A stretch of DNA of 64,000 bases, from NCBI RefSeq assembly GCF_009914755.1, contig NC_060927.1; one strand, given 5' to 3'. The translations under genes were made by a program, and so were the position numbers. The DNA is from the human T2T-CHM13v2.0 reference genome, Homo sapiens. Shown in pieces: positions 32,215-47,066 of the stretch. Each line of letters opens with the position of its first letter. Position 1 is the first letter of the stretch. The notes beneath the pieces were generated by a model. It was not told the origin of the DNA. It saw only the letters and a program-made list of their open reading frames with translations, and made no database searches.

Positions 32215-32495
32215 TTTTTTTTTTTTTTTTGAGACGGAGTCTTGCTCTGCTGCCCAGGCTGGAGTGCAATGGCATGCTCTGCTCACCACAACCTCCGCCT
32301 CCCAGGTTCAGGCGATTCTCCTGCCTCAGCCTCCCGAGTAGCTAGGACTAAAGGCATGTGCCACCACGCCTGGCTAATTTTTGTATTTTTAGTAGAGATT
32401 GGGTTTCACTATGTTCTCAAACTCCTGACCTCGTGATCCGCCTGCCGTGGCCTCCCAAAGTGCTGGGATTACAGCGTGAGCCACCGCACCCGGCC
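32215..32495 (-). mobile_element. AluS (Sg/Sc-like) with small internal deletion
   Basis: TSD gggaagagaatc / gggaggagaatc; ctcctgacctcgtgatccg. Confidence 0.94.
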
Positions 32496-34182
32496 GGGAG
32501 GAGAATCATTTATAAAAACTTCCCTATAGAAATAGCTTCGTAACATTTTTACTAATTGAAATAAAAAATAAATTATGAAAACTGGCATAACTAAAAAGCT
32601 ACCATAATTTGTATAACAGAACATCAGGATAGGTATTCTGTGGCTTACTATTTAGAGGAATTTACAAAAATAAAATTAAAAATTGTACTTAAGTTTTTTA
32701 CTCCTCAATCCCTCTTGGTGATAAGACTGGCAGTTTCTTAGAGTAAAATGCTCACGGGGTGAGAAGAAAATAACACAACTATGGATATATGCCATTCTAA
32801 CATTTATTCTATATATGCATTTTTAAAATAGGCACCTTAGACAAGGAAAGGGCACGTCAGACAAAAGTACTTGATCCACAAGGAAATCTGCCAATGATGA
32901 TAAATGTTTAACCTTGATATGCACTTGATCAGTAATCCTGGCCCTAAACAAAATGATCAATTATAATTATCTTCGACCTTAGCCTCAAATCCTCATCTTC
33001 TCTCTCACATCCAAAACATCACCTAAATAAAGGATCTGTAATATTCACAAAAAATATAATATTCACAAAAAAGGTAAATCTCCCATAACTGCCAAAAATA
33101 GCAGTCCTGAGGATATTTACAATGTGGCAGTTTTCAGTGCCATAGTCTAAAGGAATAAAGCTTAAACCAGAATTTCAGGGACCAGCCTCTGGATGAAAAA
33201 GTACTCTCCCCTAAAATGGTGTTTCATAGACAAGCCCAAATGTAGGAAATGGAATTAAATAATAGCCTGTCTAGAGCACATTAAAAATTTTTCCTTTTGA
33301 ACCCAAATCAACTATGTTCTTGGTTTTAATAAGACACAGGTTTCTTTATTGTTGGCCACAGCTACCAAGCAAGTAATGATTTTTAACTATGTTGCAAAGG
33401 GGCAGAGAATGGGCTTGGAGGCCTGAGGGACCAGGAGAAGACAGTATAATGAGACCTAAAGGGAGAAGGAAGGATGTATGGAAAATGGAGCCTTTAAGGG
33501 CAGATGGTTTTCACCAACCTTTGAGGGTCGGTTAGGTGACTCATTACTCATTTGACAATTTAAAAATGGATAAAAATATGGAAAATCTTTTTTAATGCCG
33601 TAACTATTTAAATGCATTCTTCTAAACTAAGGGCCTACAAATAAAGAAAGCCTTCACATGGGCAAACTTCAGGGCACTACCCTCCTCCAAAAATAAAAGT
33701 CACTTAGAAAATGAAAGGAAGAACAGTAAGAACAGAATAATAAATGATGGAGACCTATTTGTGGTTCTAGATATATATTCCCAAATAGGTTTAACAAAAA
33801 ACATTTTACTGTCTTTAAAAAGAATCTATAAAAAGAATCAAGAATACGAAGTAAAGAAGGGAAAACTATCCCCTTATATCAGTTCCACCTAGTAGGGAGG
33901 GAACAATAGGGCAGAATTGATTCTCTCTTCAAAAGAACTTTTCTTTGTTAAGGAACCCTAGTGATTGCTTTGCCCTGGTTCCTCTCAACTCCTTATCTTC
34001 TTCTACACTGTTCTCTCTAACATGAGAACTCCAGCCTTTGCTTCTACCACTTTTAGATGTTACTATACCTATAGGAAGGCTAAGCCATAATTGGCTTAGT
34101 GACAGAGCAAGAAAAACTCAAAAAGGCCCAAATATAACTTTCTGCTTCTAGTCCCATTCTGCATAGCCAGTGATTTCACATG

Positions 34183-34405
34183 TGTACTCTGGACTCACAG
34201 AGGCTTGAGCTGAAATCTTGGTTCCATCATTTACTAGATATATACATTTGGGAAAGTTCCTTAACTTATGTGCACTTCTTACTACCTCCTCATCTATAAA
34301 ATGGGGACAGTAATAACTCCTGCCTTTCAAGATTAATGTGAGGACTAAATGAGATATTTAACACAGTTTTCTGGTACTTAGTAAATTCTAAACAAACATT
34401 AACAA
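34183..34405 (+). mobile_element. MIR SINE
   Basis: ttgggaaagttccttaactt...cctcatctataaaatggggacagtaata...gtgaggactaaatgagat. Confidence 0.82.
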
Positions 34406-34599
34406 CCCATTATACTCTGCTTAAATCCAAGATTCCCCATGGTCTAGTGCAGTTGATTACAGGATTGTGACCAGCACTTTTTTAAAAAAAGAATTCATAC
34501 TCACACACAAAATATCACAGTGCAATGAAGGTGAGTATTGTTTCAAAAATATTTTTTTCAGATACACACCCACCCACACACATATATTCTTAACTTAGC

Positions 34600-34857
34600 C
34601 TCATGTGGCTTTTCTGTGACACCTGCCCTAAGAACGGACAGCACATGTGTCTCTTCCTCAGGGCACAATAGTATCTTGAGAATTTTGTATAAAATTCTAC
34701 AACACTTAACTGCACTGTGCTTGCTTATATGTGTGTTTTTCCACGTCTGTTTTTCCACAAGAACGTAAACTCCAAAGAAAGAAACTGCCTTCTGTTATCT
34801 ATTTCTGGTGCTTGAAAAACACTGGATGCTCAATAAATTTTTGTTGAATGAATGAGT
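34600..34857 (+). mobile_element. L2 3' end
   Basis: Terminal gctcaataaatttttgttgaatgaatga. Confidence 0.75.
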
Positions 34858-35081
34858 AAAATATCAAAACCTATTAGGTATTAAGAACACACAAAAATAA
34901 TCACTTTCATTTGTATCTGATCAGGTTTTATTGTTATATAGGAATTTAAATTTAGCTATAAGTCACACAAAATCTATAAATTTTTTTCTCCCACAGTGCC
35001 TAGTATAGCCCCTTCTAATAAAAAGAGATGAATACGTTTACTTAAAAAACTGAAACTAGTAATGTGCAAAATGATTGTTAA

Positions 35082-35450
<369 letters not shown>

Positions 35451-36434
35451 CAGTTAAAGTTTTATTTAAGCAGACCAGACACATTCAGGCTTCTTTTTGG
35501 GGGCAAAGAAAATTGAAAAAAAAGTTATCAGACAGAAAAGGTTGTTTCTATATGACAAACTGTCCTTTCACAAATACTGCAGGTCCCATGAGAACACATC
35601 AAAATAACAACACTGGGCAGGTACTTGCTTGAGTACTTAAAACAGAAAAATATGAAGAACTTAAATATTTTCAATATTCTCATATTATCACAATTCTCAA
35701 TTCTATTCAAATGTAAAATTCAAAGTTATACAAATTTACCAACTCTGCTTTTATTCCATCACAAAAAGCAAAACACTGGAAATCAATTCTAAAGAAACAC
35801 TTTTCAACATGCTTAGAGGCAACAAAGGCAAAGTCAACAGATTACTAAATCAAAGTTACTTATAAAAGTTGGTTTTACCGTTGGCAAAAATAGATGCAAA
35901 TAAATATTTGCTCTAAAATGAGACTTAGGTTTTTACGGTATGTGTTCCTTTATAGTAATCCTCTAGAATATTTAATTTCTAAATCATTAATAACTTGACT
36001 GAGAAATTGGCAGTTCTCAACTTCTTAAGATTACATGTCTAAGGGTAAGGTATATACATGAAAGGGAAAGAAAGAGAATGAATTGTACTGCTGCTTTAGG
36101 AGTCAGGAATTTGCTTCCTACCCCAGACTAATTAACGATAATTTTGAGTTCAGTAAACACCTAAGGAAATAGCAATTTCAGAAAATCTTCCTTCCTTTTG
36201 TGACTTTAAACATATATTTTAGGTTATTATGCAACTCTATTTCAAAGTAATTTCTTGGGCTTGGACATTAAAGTTAAGTCTTAACAGTTAACATTGATTT
36301 ATTGAAGGGAGAAAAAAGATAACCTGTGATTTATAGTCTAAACCAATGGAAATGGCAGCAAGTCACTGCCACTTATTAAAAATTCTTCCCTCCATTTGAA
36401 ATAATCATTTTAATGAACCTAGTAAGGGTGGTTA

Positions 36435-36527
<93 letters not shown>

Positions 36528-37059
36528 TTAAAATAATTTCACATCCACAAATTAGTTACTGAATAAAACAACGGTTTTTAGTTACTGTTTCTGAGGAAAG
36601 AAAAATCTTAGATGCCCAAATTTTGGAAAATTACAAAATAGCCATACAAATTTTTAATGTTATTAACAGAATTTTATGTCCTCTCAATTTTTTTCCCAGG
36701 ATTTAAAAATTCATATTCTCACAATCACAGAAAAATAAGATTAAATTTGATCTATATATTCAAGGGGGGGAAGGAAATAAATAAAACAATTTAAAATTGA
36801 ATTTTAACATCATGGGGTGAGAAAGAAATACAGGTTCTCACGTGTCCTAAACATCTTTTCTTCCTTTTTATCTGGAAGAAGGTGCGCCCATCCTGTTTTC
36901 TCCCTAGTTAACCATCCATTTATGCCCTTTTACATATTTTCTTCAGAACCTTCAGAACTTTCTAAACATCCCTTTTTTAAAAGATCCTGTCTCTTCAAAC
37001 TTTCTCTCTCTGCTGGGGCTTTTCCTTTTAAGGAAAGTATTCTCTGGCCTGCTCTATGC

Positions 37060-37520
37060 TGAGAAACCTTGTTTCAGTCCTGAAACACTTCTACCTTAGT
37101 ACTTTCTCTCCTTCTCTTTCACTACACCTCCTTAAAAGAGTAGTCTACTCTAAGTCAAATTCTTCACTGCCCACTTGCGGTTTAACCCTTATACTCTGCT
37201 TTCTGAAAAGCTACTTGTGATCTCCTTGCTATTTATTCCAAAGATTTTTTCTTGGTTCTCTAACCTCTATCCTCCTAGGGCACTGGCACTGTTGGTCACA
37301 TCCTGCTTGGAATTCTATCTTCTACTAGCTTCTGGGACACTATTTTCCTAGTTCAATGAATCTCCCTTATAACTGTTTTTCTTCCTCATTTCATCTTACA
37401 TGTCTAGTTTGTTTACCCAAAGGTCTGTCATCTTTAATACTGTTCTCTACAATTTCATTATCTTAGCTATCATTTATTTATATTTGATTTCCAAATCCAT
37501 GTTTTAAACTCTGCCTGGAC
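37060..37520 (+). mobile_element. L2 fragment in the short intron between the finger exons
   Basis: Pyrimidine-rich L2-like text cactgttggtcacatcctgcttggaattctatcttc...gcttctgggacac, gatttccaaatccatg. Confidence 0.6.
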
Positions 37521-37832
37521 ATTTTGCACACACAAAAAATGAACACTGATAAACAGGCTTTTAATAATACATTCTTTAATCATTTCTCTAGCTAAATGGA
37601 GCACATTAAGCCAAACAGGTGTCCAATTAAGACTATTTAATTAATTTTACACATCCATGCTAATTGTTTTCTCACTTAAGAGTTTTTCCTGGTTTCCTTC
37701 TGACATTCTGGCCTACAAAATCTCTGATTTGGAATGCCAGATTAGCTATGGTCTTAGGAATGAATGACAGTTACACGAAGATGAAAATAACAAAGATAAT
37801 AACTTTAATGGCCACAAGCCCATTTTAATTCA

Positions 37833-37964
<132 letters not shown>

Positions 37965-38339
37965 CTAGTTCAAAAAAAAAAAAAAGGCAAAAACAAAAGA
38001 AATAAGTTTTTAAAATGTAATTAAATAGTAATTTTAAAAAAAAGATAATGCAAACAACGGTCACCACAGATTATGAAATATTTTGTTCTTAAATGATCTT
38101 GAAAAGACTATTAGAATAATGTTATCATTAACTGTAGGAAAGTACAATGTGACTCAGAATGAGCAAAAATCACTAATAAAACCTTGGAAGCTGGTTAAGT
38201 AAGATCTCATCACGGCCTTCTCCTCTGTAATGCTTATGCGTGATGGAGTTCCTAAGTCTTCAGTTAGGGTGAACACAGGTATATTTTCAATTTCAAATTC
38301 TCATATATGCAGGAAAAAAGCCTTTAGACATGATCTAAT

Positions 38340-38725
38340 ATCAATCAGTATGGGGCTAATTAAATAAATCATGGAAAATGAATACAATTTAATATTATGT
38401 GGTTGTGAAATAAAATGACAAAGCTCTCTATATACTTATATGAAAAGCGTGTCAGGATTTGTTAAGTTAAAAAAAAAAAAAGGCAAAGTTTAGAACCCAG
38501 TGTATAGTTTTGCTAACTTTTGTATATAAAAGGTACATATAGGAATATATATTTGCATAGGCATAAAAACTACTTGAGAAGGATATATATACAGAAGTAT
38601 ATAACCTTGATTGTGATGGCTGGGGAACTGGGCAGACAAGAGATAAAATGGGAGGGAGGTTTTACACTGTCCACTTAACACATTTTTTTGAACCATGTAA
38701 GTGGTTACCTATTACTAAAAAAAAA
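38340..38725 (+). mobile_element. L1ME4-like 3' end
   Basis: taaataaatcatgg...ttgttaagttaaaaaa...tttgaaccatgtaagtggttacctatt. Confidence 0.7.
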
Positions 38726-39120
38726 AGAGAACACTAACTTTTCAAGTTACAATATGGTAGAATTTATGGTCTGTTTCAGTCTAGGATCACTAAGGTTATT
38801 CTAGAACTACTAAATTATTATTAAACATATTCCTAAGAATATTTGTCAAATAAATAAATTAGAAGTGGGTATGGGGTCCATCTGGGGCATAAGTACTGAA
38901 TAAGAAAATTATTCAGCACTTATAAATTCAGTTTTTTAAAAAATAGAAGTGGGTAAAAAGAAGGAAGACAAGAGACAAAGCAACCTTGTCTTTCTGGGCT
39001 TATTGAGATTAAGAGTATTGCAAGCCTGGTTTGGATGGTACCACAGAGAAACTCACCTTAGGCTGCATGTATTCCAATTTATCAACAACTTGTTCAATGT
39101 GCAACATTAAGCTGCCTTTT

Positions 39121-39414
39121 GGCCAGGCATGGTGGCTCAAGCCTGTAATCCCAGCACTTTGGGTGGCTGAGGTGGGTGGCTCACTTCAGTTCAGGAGTTC
39201 GAGACCAGCCTGGGCAAAATGAGGAAACCCCGTCTCCACTAAAATACAAAAATTAGCCAGGTGTGGTGGCACACACCTGTACTCTCAGCTACTTGGGAGG
39301 CTGAGGATGGGAGGATCACTTGGGCCAGGAGGTCAAGGCTGCAATGAGCCATCATCATGCCACTGCACTCCAGCCTGGGCAATACAGTAAAACCCATCTC
39401 AAAAAAAAAAAAAA
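39121..39414 (+). mobile_element. AluJ full length
   Basis: TSD aagctgccttt / aaattgccttt; ggaggatcacttg, gaggtcaaggctgca. Confidence 0.93.
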
Positions 39415-42400
39415 TTGCCTTTCATCAGACATGTGGAAGAGTGAAAATAATGATTCCTTTTTCATTATTGACGAAAGCAAAAAAAAAAAAAAAAAGGCAC
39501 AATATTATGCTGAAACAGCAAAGAAAACTAGAAGATCTGATCAGGAGGGGTATGGCCAGTGAGAGGGAAACAATGCTGTAGGTGTGGGCATACAGAATGG
39601 GAGCTAAGAAACTGTCCAACAAAGGTAGAGAAATCTGGGAAATAAATATAAAGAACTGTGGAAACTGATTAGGGCCTGCAAACACACAGCTATGACCCCT
39701 TCTCAAACCTAGAAAAGGGCAGTACGTAAGGGAAAAAAGCTTTAATCCTTAAAACATTTTTACTTTAAATTCAAGAAGACAGTTCAGCCTATACTATATG
39801 CAGATCAGTGGTAATTATTATGCAAATTATACAGGGCATTTGGATTCTGGGCAAACAGCCAATGTGGTCAACAATGCTTCAAAGTCTATGCACCAAAGTC
39901 ATGGAAGGGAAACATTTGGCAGGAGAATGGAAGTGGGTGTCACAGCTTCCTGAGGAGAGTCAAAGAAAGTGGAAAGCTTCATCTCTGGGCCAGTCAGTTT
40001 TGAATTTTTTCAACCCCTCCAAGTCACATAATAATAAGCAAGTTAACACTGTGCAAAAGGAAAACACACAAAATCTTTTAAAATATGACTCAAAATATTT
40101 TATACATAAAACAAACAAAAAGATGTTAAATACTTATATAAAATGGAACTAAAAACAAGACAGCACCAGGTATTTTTTTTCATGTATGTTGATAACAAAT
40201 AAGAAAGTCCAACTGCCAAAAAACATGGCACTTCAATAGCTTTCTGTGGCATAGCAACTGCAAGGAAAGGCTTTGTAAAGAACAAATCTGGCCCAAGTTG
40301 CTTAATGTGAAACGGATGTAATCCTTGACTGTACAAAGCCCTTTTATGAAGAGTTAAGGAGTTCTAGGTCATTGTTTTCTGGCACTGGAGGTACTGCTGC
40401 CTTTCATTGTAGATTCAAGCCTTAATTCAAGGTGAATTTTATGGATGAAACAGCTACCACTGCCTTGTGGATAAACACACAGGAAAATCTAGCTTTTTTT
40501 AAGTTCAAAGACAGAAACACCAAATTCTTGGACATTTTATATTTTCCTTACTTTCTTTTTAGGCCAGAGTAATAAAGGACATAGAGTAAACTCATCTTGA
40601 CTCAGATGAGCATCAATGGCCCTTCCAATTTGTAACCTGTTTTAAATATATCCAACTGATTTTTATTCACCCTTATAATCTCAGTGTTCAAAATGGTATC
40701 TGGAGCATAGTGGAGACTCTATACCTGTCAAAGGACCTGGCTGCCTGCTGTCCATAACAATTACTCCTCCTAGCTTACCACTTTATTGTTTTTTAAATTT
40801 GTTGCTAAAAGCAATACTTTACTTTTCAATTTTTTAGTCTTCAGATAACTGAGTAGTGAGAGAAGCGGGTAGGCAAAGAATAAAATCCCTTAGCAGAACA
40901 CAAATAGCACACTAACGCAGGCAAAATTTTCTTCCCCGGTATAGACTTGCCTTCTTTTCTTGCTCACACCTTTTCAAGATCTTTTAGTAGAATGTGATCT
41001 ACCAGCTGAGTGTGTTTGCCTTAGAGATTAGCAGTCTTACCTGCAACTGGTTCCATAAAACATCTTTGCTTTTCTTTTTTCCCCAACATATGGACACCAT
41101 TACAACTGAAGAATTTTATGTTTAAAATTTTGAATTCTAAGATGCCTGCTAGACATCTTCAGATGCTTTATCTTGCCCCTTGTCATTGCTACTTCAGGAG
41201 AAATATGGTATATTACATAGACCAAGCAATCAGGTTTTAGCAAGTGGAGAAATTAGTAATACTCTAATTCTCAACACACTACATTTTTTTTCTTATCTGT
41301 TTAGTAAATTTAAAACAAGACTTTATAGAAAAAAATTGAGTATCAAATGGAATTTCTCAGTTAATCTGCTTTCTTAATCTCATATCCATTATGACATATT
41401 TTCTGTTTTAAGACAAATCTATTACCAGCCAGCTACCTAAATATACACATATGGTAAAGGTTATCTTAAATAATATACCCATTTTCATCAGGCAAAGCCC
41501 TAAGGTCTGCCTATTCAAATTCAGAGATTTTTCACTCCATAAGGATCACTGCCACTGAATAAATGAAACCTGACACCCCTCACTGAGAAAAAGTTCTGTT
41601 TTCTTAAAAGGCAGACATGATTTTTCACATTCAAATGTGTACTACTAAAATTATTAAAGCATATTTTAAACTAAACACTATAGGTTTTTATCATATATTC
41701 CTGAATCAATCAAAATCAACTTTGAAGCCACCAAAACTCAAAAGACTAATTAGATAAGAGAGTTTACATTTCTCACCTATTATGAGACGTTCTACTGCAA
41801 CTGGGGATGGAGAATGACAGCTGTGACAATTCTCTTTACTCTCCAAATCCAATGAGAAATGGAAAATAGTGCAAGTCCAAAGATATACAAATAACAAAGT
41901 CACCCTGAGTAATACCCATCACGGCAACTTGACTGTCCTGGTCATCGTTAATAACCTACTCTAACATTGTCACTTTCTTTCATTCATCAAGATTTTTTAT
42001 TGTTTCTCAGTACTAGATTTTTCTCATCACCAAATTTCCTTTTTAAATGGCAAGCTTTTGACAGCACCAGAACAAGAAATTCACTGTATCATAAGCATGG
42101 CACAACAACTATGTTCAGCAAAATGACCCTGGGTTTTAGAAAAAGGCTGTTTCTTCCCTGTTTCCTGAATATTAGGCAAAGAAGTAGGTGATATTTTCTA
42201 AAGAAAGATTTACATCAGATTTTTTTTCAAAGTTAGGGTTCAGTTCTATGGAAAAACAATTTATACAAGACACACAATTTCCTGGGAAAATTAGATAAAT
42301 AAAACTCTATTATTTTGCCAATCTTCTTCCTTCATTTTCTTACTATTCCATACTTCCTGTTTGCATCCTCCGTCTTATAATCAGTTCATCTTTAAAGCTA

Positions 42401-44297
42401 CTTCTTCCTAAATCAAGGTAACATGTAGAAGAAAGCATGACAAATGTCTGGTATATCTACTTCTCTGTTTCTTTTCATTAAATTTTCCTTATTTTACATA
42501 ATTCAATCTTTCTGATACCAAAGTCTAAAATCTTTTCTGGGAACCAACAATATATAATAAATTGCTGGGAAAGGATTCTCTATTATATAATCTATCTGAT
42601 GTGTGAAAAGTGCTCTTCCTCAGTTCAGCATAACTTTGAATAATGAATTTTTATTCAGATCACCTAAAGTGTTACAACAAACCCAGTTCCTTTTTTCAGT
42701 ACCTGATGAGAGATCCTGGCACATAACAGGCACTCAAATTATTTGTTGAATAAATGAAAAGAGAGATACATTTCAGAATAAAGAGAAGGAATTAAAAATA
42801 TCCTCTCTCTCATTCAGTTACTAAGGAGTTGGAAAAGACCTATATAATATATACAACATGGGATTTAGATAATATTGTTATATTTTACTGAAAAAAATTC
42901 TTAGATTTCATTAATGTTAACCCAACAATCCTCCTAAAACCCTTCTGAGATGGAAACTGTTACCTTCTAATTCATGTAACAAGTGAATACCAAAGTCCAG
43001 TAGTAATACCTCATTTATTCAGAAACTTCTAGTGTCAAGATTTGAAGTTTTCAAGCTTAAGAGTATAACAGTCACCAAAAACAGACTCAAAGGGGCAAAG
43101 GAAAGTGATGTTAAGTGGCCACCCAGATATACAGCAATGTAAAAATGAATAGCACGTCACCAAGGAATGAGAAGTGAAGTGATTATAAGCAGTATAACAC
43201 TTAAAGTCTAGCAGTGTGGATTTGCAGGGTCAGGTGGATGGGGGAGAGCCCTAAAATCTCTGTTCTCCTAGAGGGCTTCAACTGCAATACGCAATTTTAA
43301 AAAATGTTTATGTCAGCTTCAAGACATTAAAAGCTGAATTATGTTCAAATACACTAGATTTAAAAGGAAAACAACACCTTAAAGATTTCCCCAAAAAAAT
43401 GGTGAAAATAAAATGAAATTTGATATTTAAAAGGTGTAAGCTTCTATTATGTAGAAAACTTACTTTCTTAAAACAGCTAATTCCACAACAGATGCAAATA
43501 GCTTGACCTAGATGATGTTCCCTAGCTCAGTTACCCTCTTCATCAGGCATGCTGCCAAGTGTATTTAGGCAAATTTCAAGTGTCAAAACCTACCTTAAGA
43601 TGATCAGGCTTTCCCATTGCATTTAAGTTTTCCAAAAAAAAAAAAAAAAAGACTCAGCTTTGCCATATGAGAAAAGTTCAGAAGGCAATTATTGCTTAAA
43701 ATCCATGGCAGCTAAAGATGGAATAACAACACAGTACTTTAAGGCAGCCATAGTTACATGGATGTTTATAAGCTCTGATGTTTTTACTAAAACTCTATCA
43801 CATTAGTTATACTTCTTGTGCAGATCCCCAATCTAATACTACACAATGGTGACACAAACTCAAAATATTCACAATGGCAAGATTTTAAGATTTGGAAAAG
43901 GTGCTGGGGGAGAGTGGAGTCCTCTAGGCATAATAAATCATAATTCTTTGAGGAACTTAAAATTGTTTTTAAGGAATTTAAAACAAGTAACACTTACTGA
44001 TTTACAAACATGGGTAAGTTTCTCTTTCTCTTCATACCAAAGAGCAGAATGAATTATTTTAACAGAAGTTCTGAAGCATAAATTTTTATATACACTCCTG
44101 AGAAAATGTAAAATTACTCACTGGTTATATCTTAAAGTTCTAAGACTCCAGACACAAAAAACCCATTCACCTGGAGATGGCAGACCAGTGGTTAAAAAAC
44201 AGTCCAAAACCATTCCCTGTCCCATTACATGTAACATGCCAGGACAACTGAAAAATAATTGTTTGTTCTTTATTTAAAAAAAAAACAAAACAAAACC

Positions 44298-44414
44298 AGA
44301 GACAGGGTTCCACAATGTTGCCCAGGATGGTCTTGAACTCCTGGGGTCAAGCAATTCTTCCGTCTCAGCCTCCCAAAGTGCTAGGATTACAAGTGTGAGC
44401 CACTGTACCTGGCC
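44298..44414 (-). mobile_element. Alu left monomer (FLAM-like)
   Basis: agagacagggtt...gttgcccaggatggtcttgaactcctgggg...gtgagccactgtacctggcc; flanks share tgtttgtt. Confidence 0.88.
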
Positions 44415-45644
44415 TGTTTGTTATTCTTACACCTCTGTCTGCTGTATATTGTTTCTAGTCATTTCATCTTCCTAAGAATTCTCTAAAGGGCTACCCTAAA
44501 ACATTCTCTTATACGCACTATACTTAGAATAGGACAACTCCGTCATCTGGCAACTACAGAGGTATATAAATACTTAAATAATACCTTTAGAAATATTCTA
44601 AAATGATACATTATAAATGAGTTTATCGCAAATTAGACAAGCAAAATAGCTTAAAGCCTGTAAATACCTAATCTATATTTACAAATACCTAGAACATATC
44701 ACCAAATACAGAGTCCAACACCCAATAAGAAGATAATCTGGGTTTTAGTCAGAATTTCAAGAAGAGAGTACACTTGAAATAGATACCCCATAGATCAGCA
44801 ATGAATCCGAAGTAACAACCAATCACTATCACAAACGATTTTAGAAATAATTTTTTACATAAAACCTAGTATTATTCTATATCTGAAGAACTTGATTTGT
44901 TCATTAATGTAAAGAACCCCCAAAAATGATATAAATTACTGAGAAAAACATTAAAGCCCCAAAAAAAGAAGTGGAGGGAGAGGGAAGAAAAGAAGAAGGG
45001 AGAATTTCACAAAACATGAAATATAAAATGCCAACAAAAATTTTAGAAGTTTAGTGTGACCAGAAACTAAAGAAATTCAAATTTAAACTATAATGAGGCT
45101 CCCATCTTAAGCAAAGTCAGACACTCAAGACCAGTGAGAATGCAGACAGATACACCTCAGGTCCACTGCAGGTAGAAGTGTAACTGGTATAACATTTCTG
45201 AAAAGAGTAACATTATCAAGAAATCTTTCCAAAAGTTCACACCCTTTGATCAATAGTGCACAAAGATACATACTCAAACATTTTAAGTGCAGCATGATTT
45301 AAAACAGAAACAAAAGGACTACAACTTTCAAACAACATAATAATGTCCAATAAAACAACCATTAAATATAACATGATCTATTAAGAAATAGATTATGTAG
45401 CTAATAATTGATTACAAAAAACATTAAAAACTTTAAGCACAAAAGTTGCTTACATTTCAAGTGTTAAAAATCAGCTAATTTATTCTATATTATACCTCCA
45501 TATCTATCTGCACAAATTTGAAAAAAGAAAGGGAATATGGCAGAAAATCCAAGTAGTTATCTCTAGGAAATGTAACTATGGGTTATTTTAGTCTCTATGT
45601 TTTTCAAAATTTGCTATTGTAGGCATATTTATATGTCCCCAAAA

Positions 45645-45822
45645 TAGTGGTATGCTGGCAAATATTTAACCACCAACTAAGGAATCAGGAGGTATAGAAA
45701 CATTTGCTGATTTCCAGGGTGTAAATATTCCCACCATAGCTAATTATAAGCTACCAATGGTTTTGGCAACTAATTTGCAAATGAAATCTTGCAAGCCAGC
45801 TCAAGCTGGCTCCAACACACTA
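45645..45822 (-). mobile_element. MER63A-like hAT-Blackjack MITE
   Basis: Ends tagtggtatgctgg / ccaacacacta; internal ggtgtaaatattcccaccatagctaattataagctaccaatggtt. Confidence 0.8.
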
Positions 45823-46077
45823 ATAAGGCCAAAAGTATACAAAAATATAAATAATAATGATGATTATGATTTCAAATCACAAATTTTTAAAAAGCCATCA
45901 AAAAAATCATATTACAGTATGATCTTTTTAAAAAGGACTTTCTCACCACATGAGGGAAGAAAAAAATAAGAGTTAACTATAAAAATGCAAATATGCTGCA
46001 GAGAGTTCAGAGAATTTCTAGGAATACCAAAAATGCTGTATACATTCAGCTATCACTATACTAAAGAGAAAAAAACA

Positions 46078-46337
<260 letters not shown>

Positions 46338-46344
46338 TACTTGT

Positions 46345-46472
46345 TTATTTACTAACCCATTCATTAACCCATAAAATATTTACTGAGGATCTATTACGTC
46401 TCCTATTCCAGGCTCTTAGGATACAGCTGTGAACAAAATGAAGTCCCTGCCCTCATGAAGTTTACATCCTAT
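46345..46472 (-). mobile_element. L2 3' end
   Basis: cattcatt...atatttactgag...ggatacagctgtgaacaaaa...gtccctgccctcatgaagtttaca. Confidence 0.82.
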
Positions 46473-46787
46473 TAACAGGGATCCTATATCTTTTCCTGAT
46501 GAATAACTGGTATTACATTTTCCTGAAACCTTAATATAAAGATAAGGAAAACTAATACAAATGAGAAGAAAGGGCAATGCATGCCATCCGATAGAGATAT
46601 GGAAAAAGAAAAGTTCACTTTTAGACAAGTCAGGAACATGGTGAAAGAGAAGCAGAAAAATTGAAAGCAAGGCCCACCACCTCCATGCAGGCACGCACCC
46701 CCTCCTACTAAACCACACAAGACTTCTACATCTGCCTTAGGGTCCAGCCAGGTTCTTGCCTATAGAATTAACCAACAGTTGGAATTA

Positions 46788-47066
<279 letters not shown>

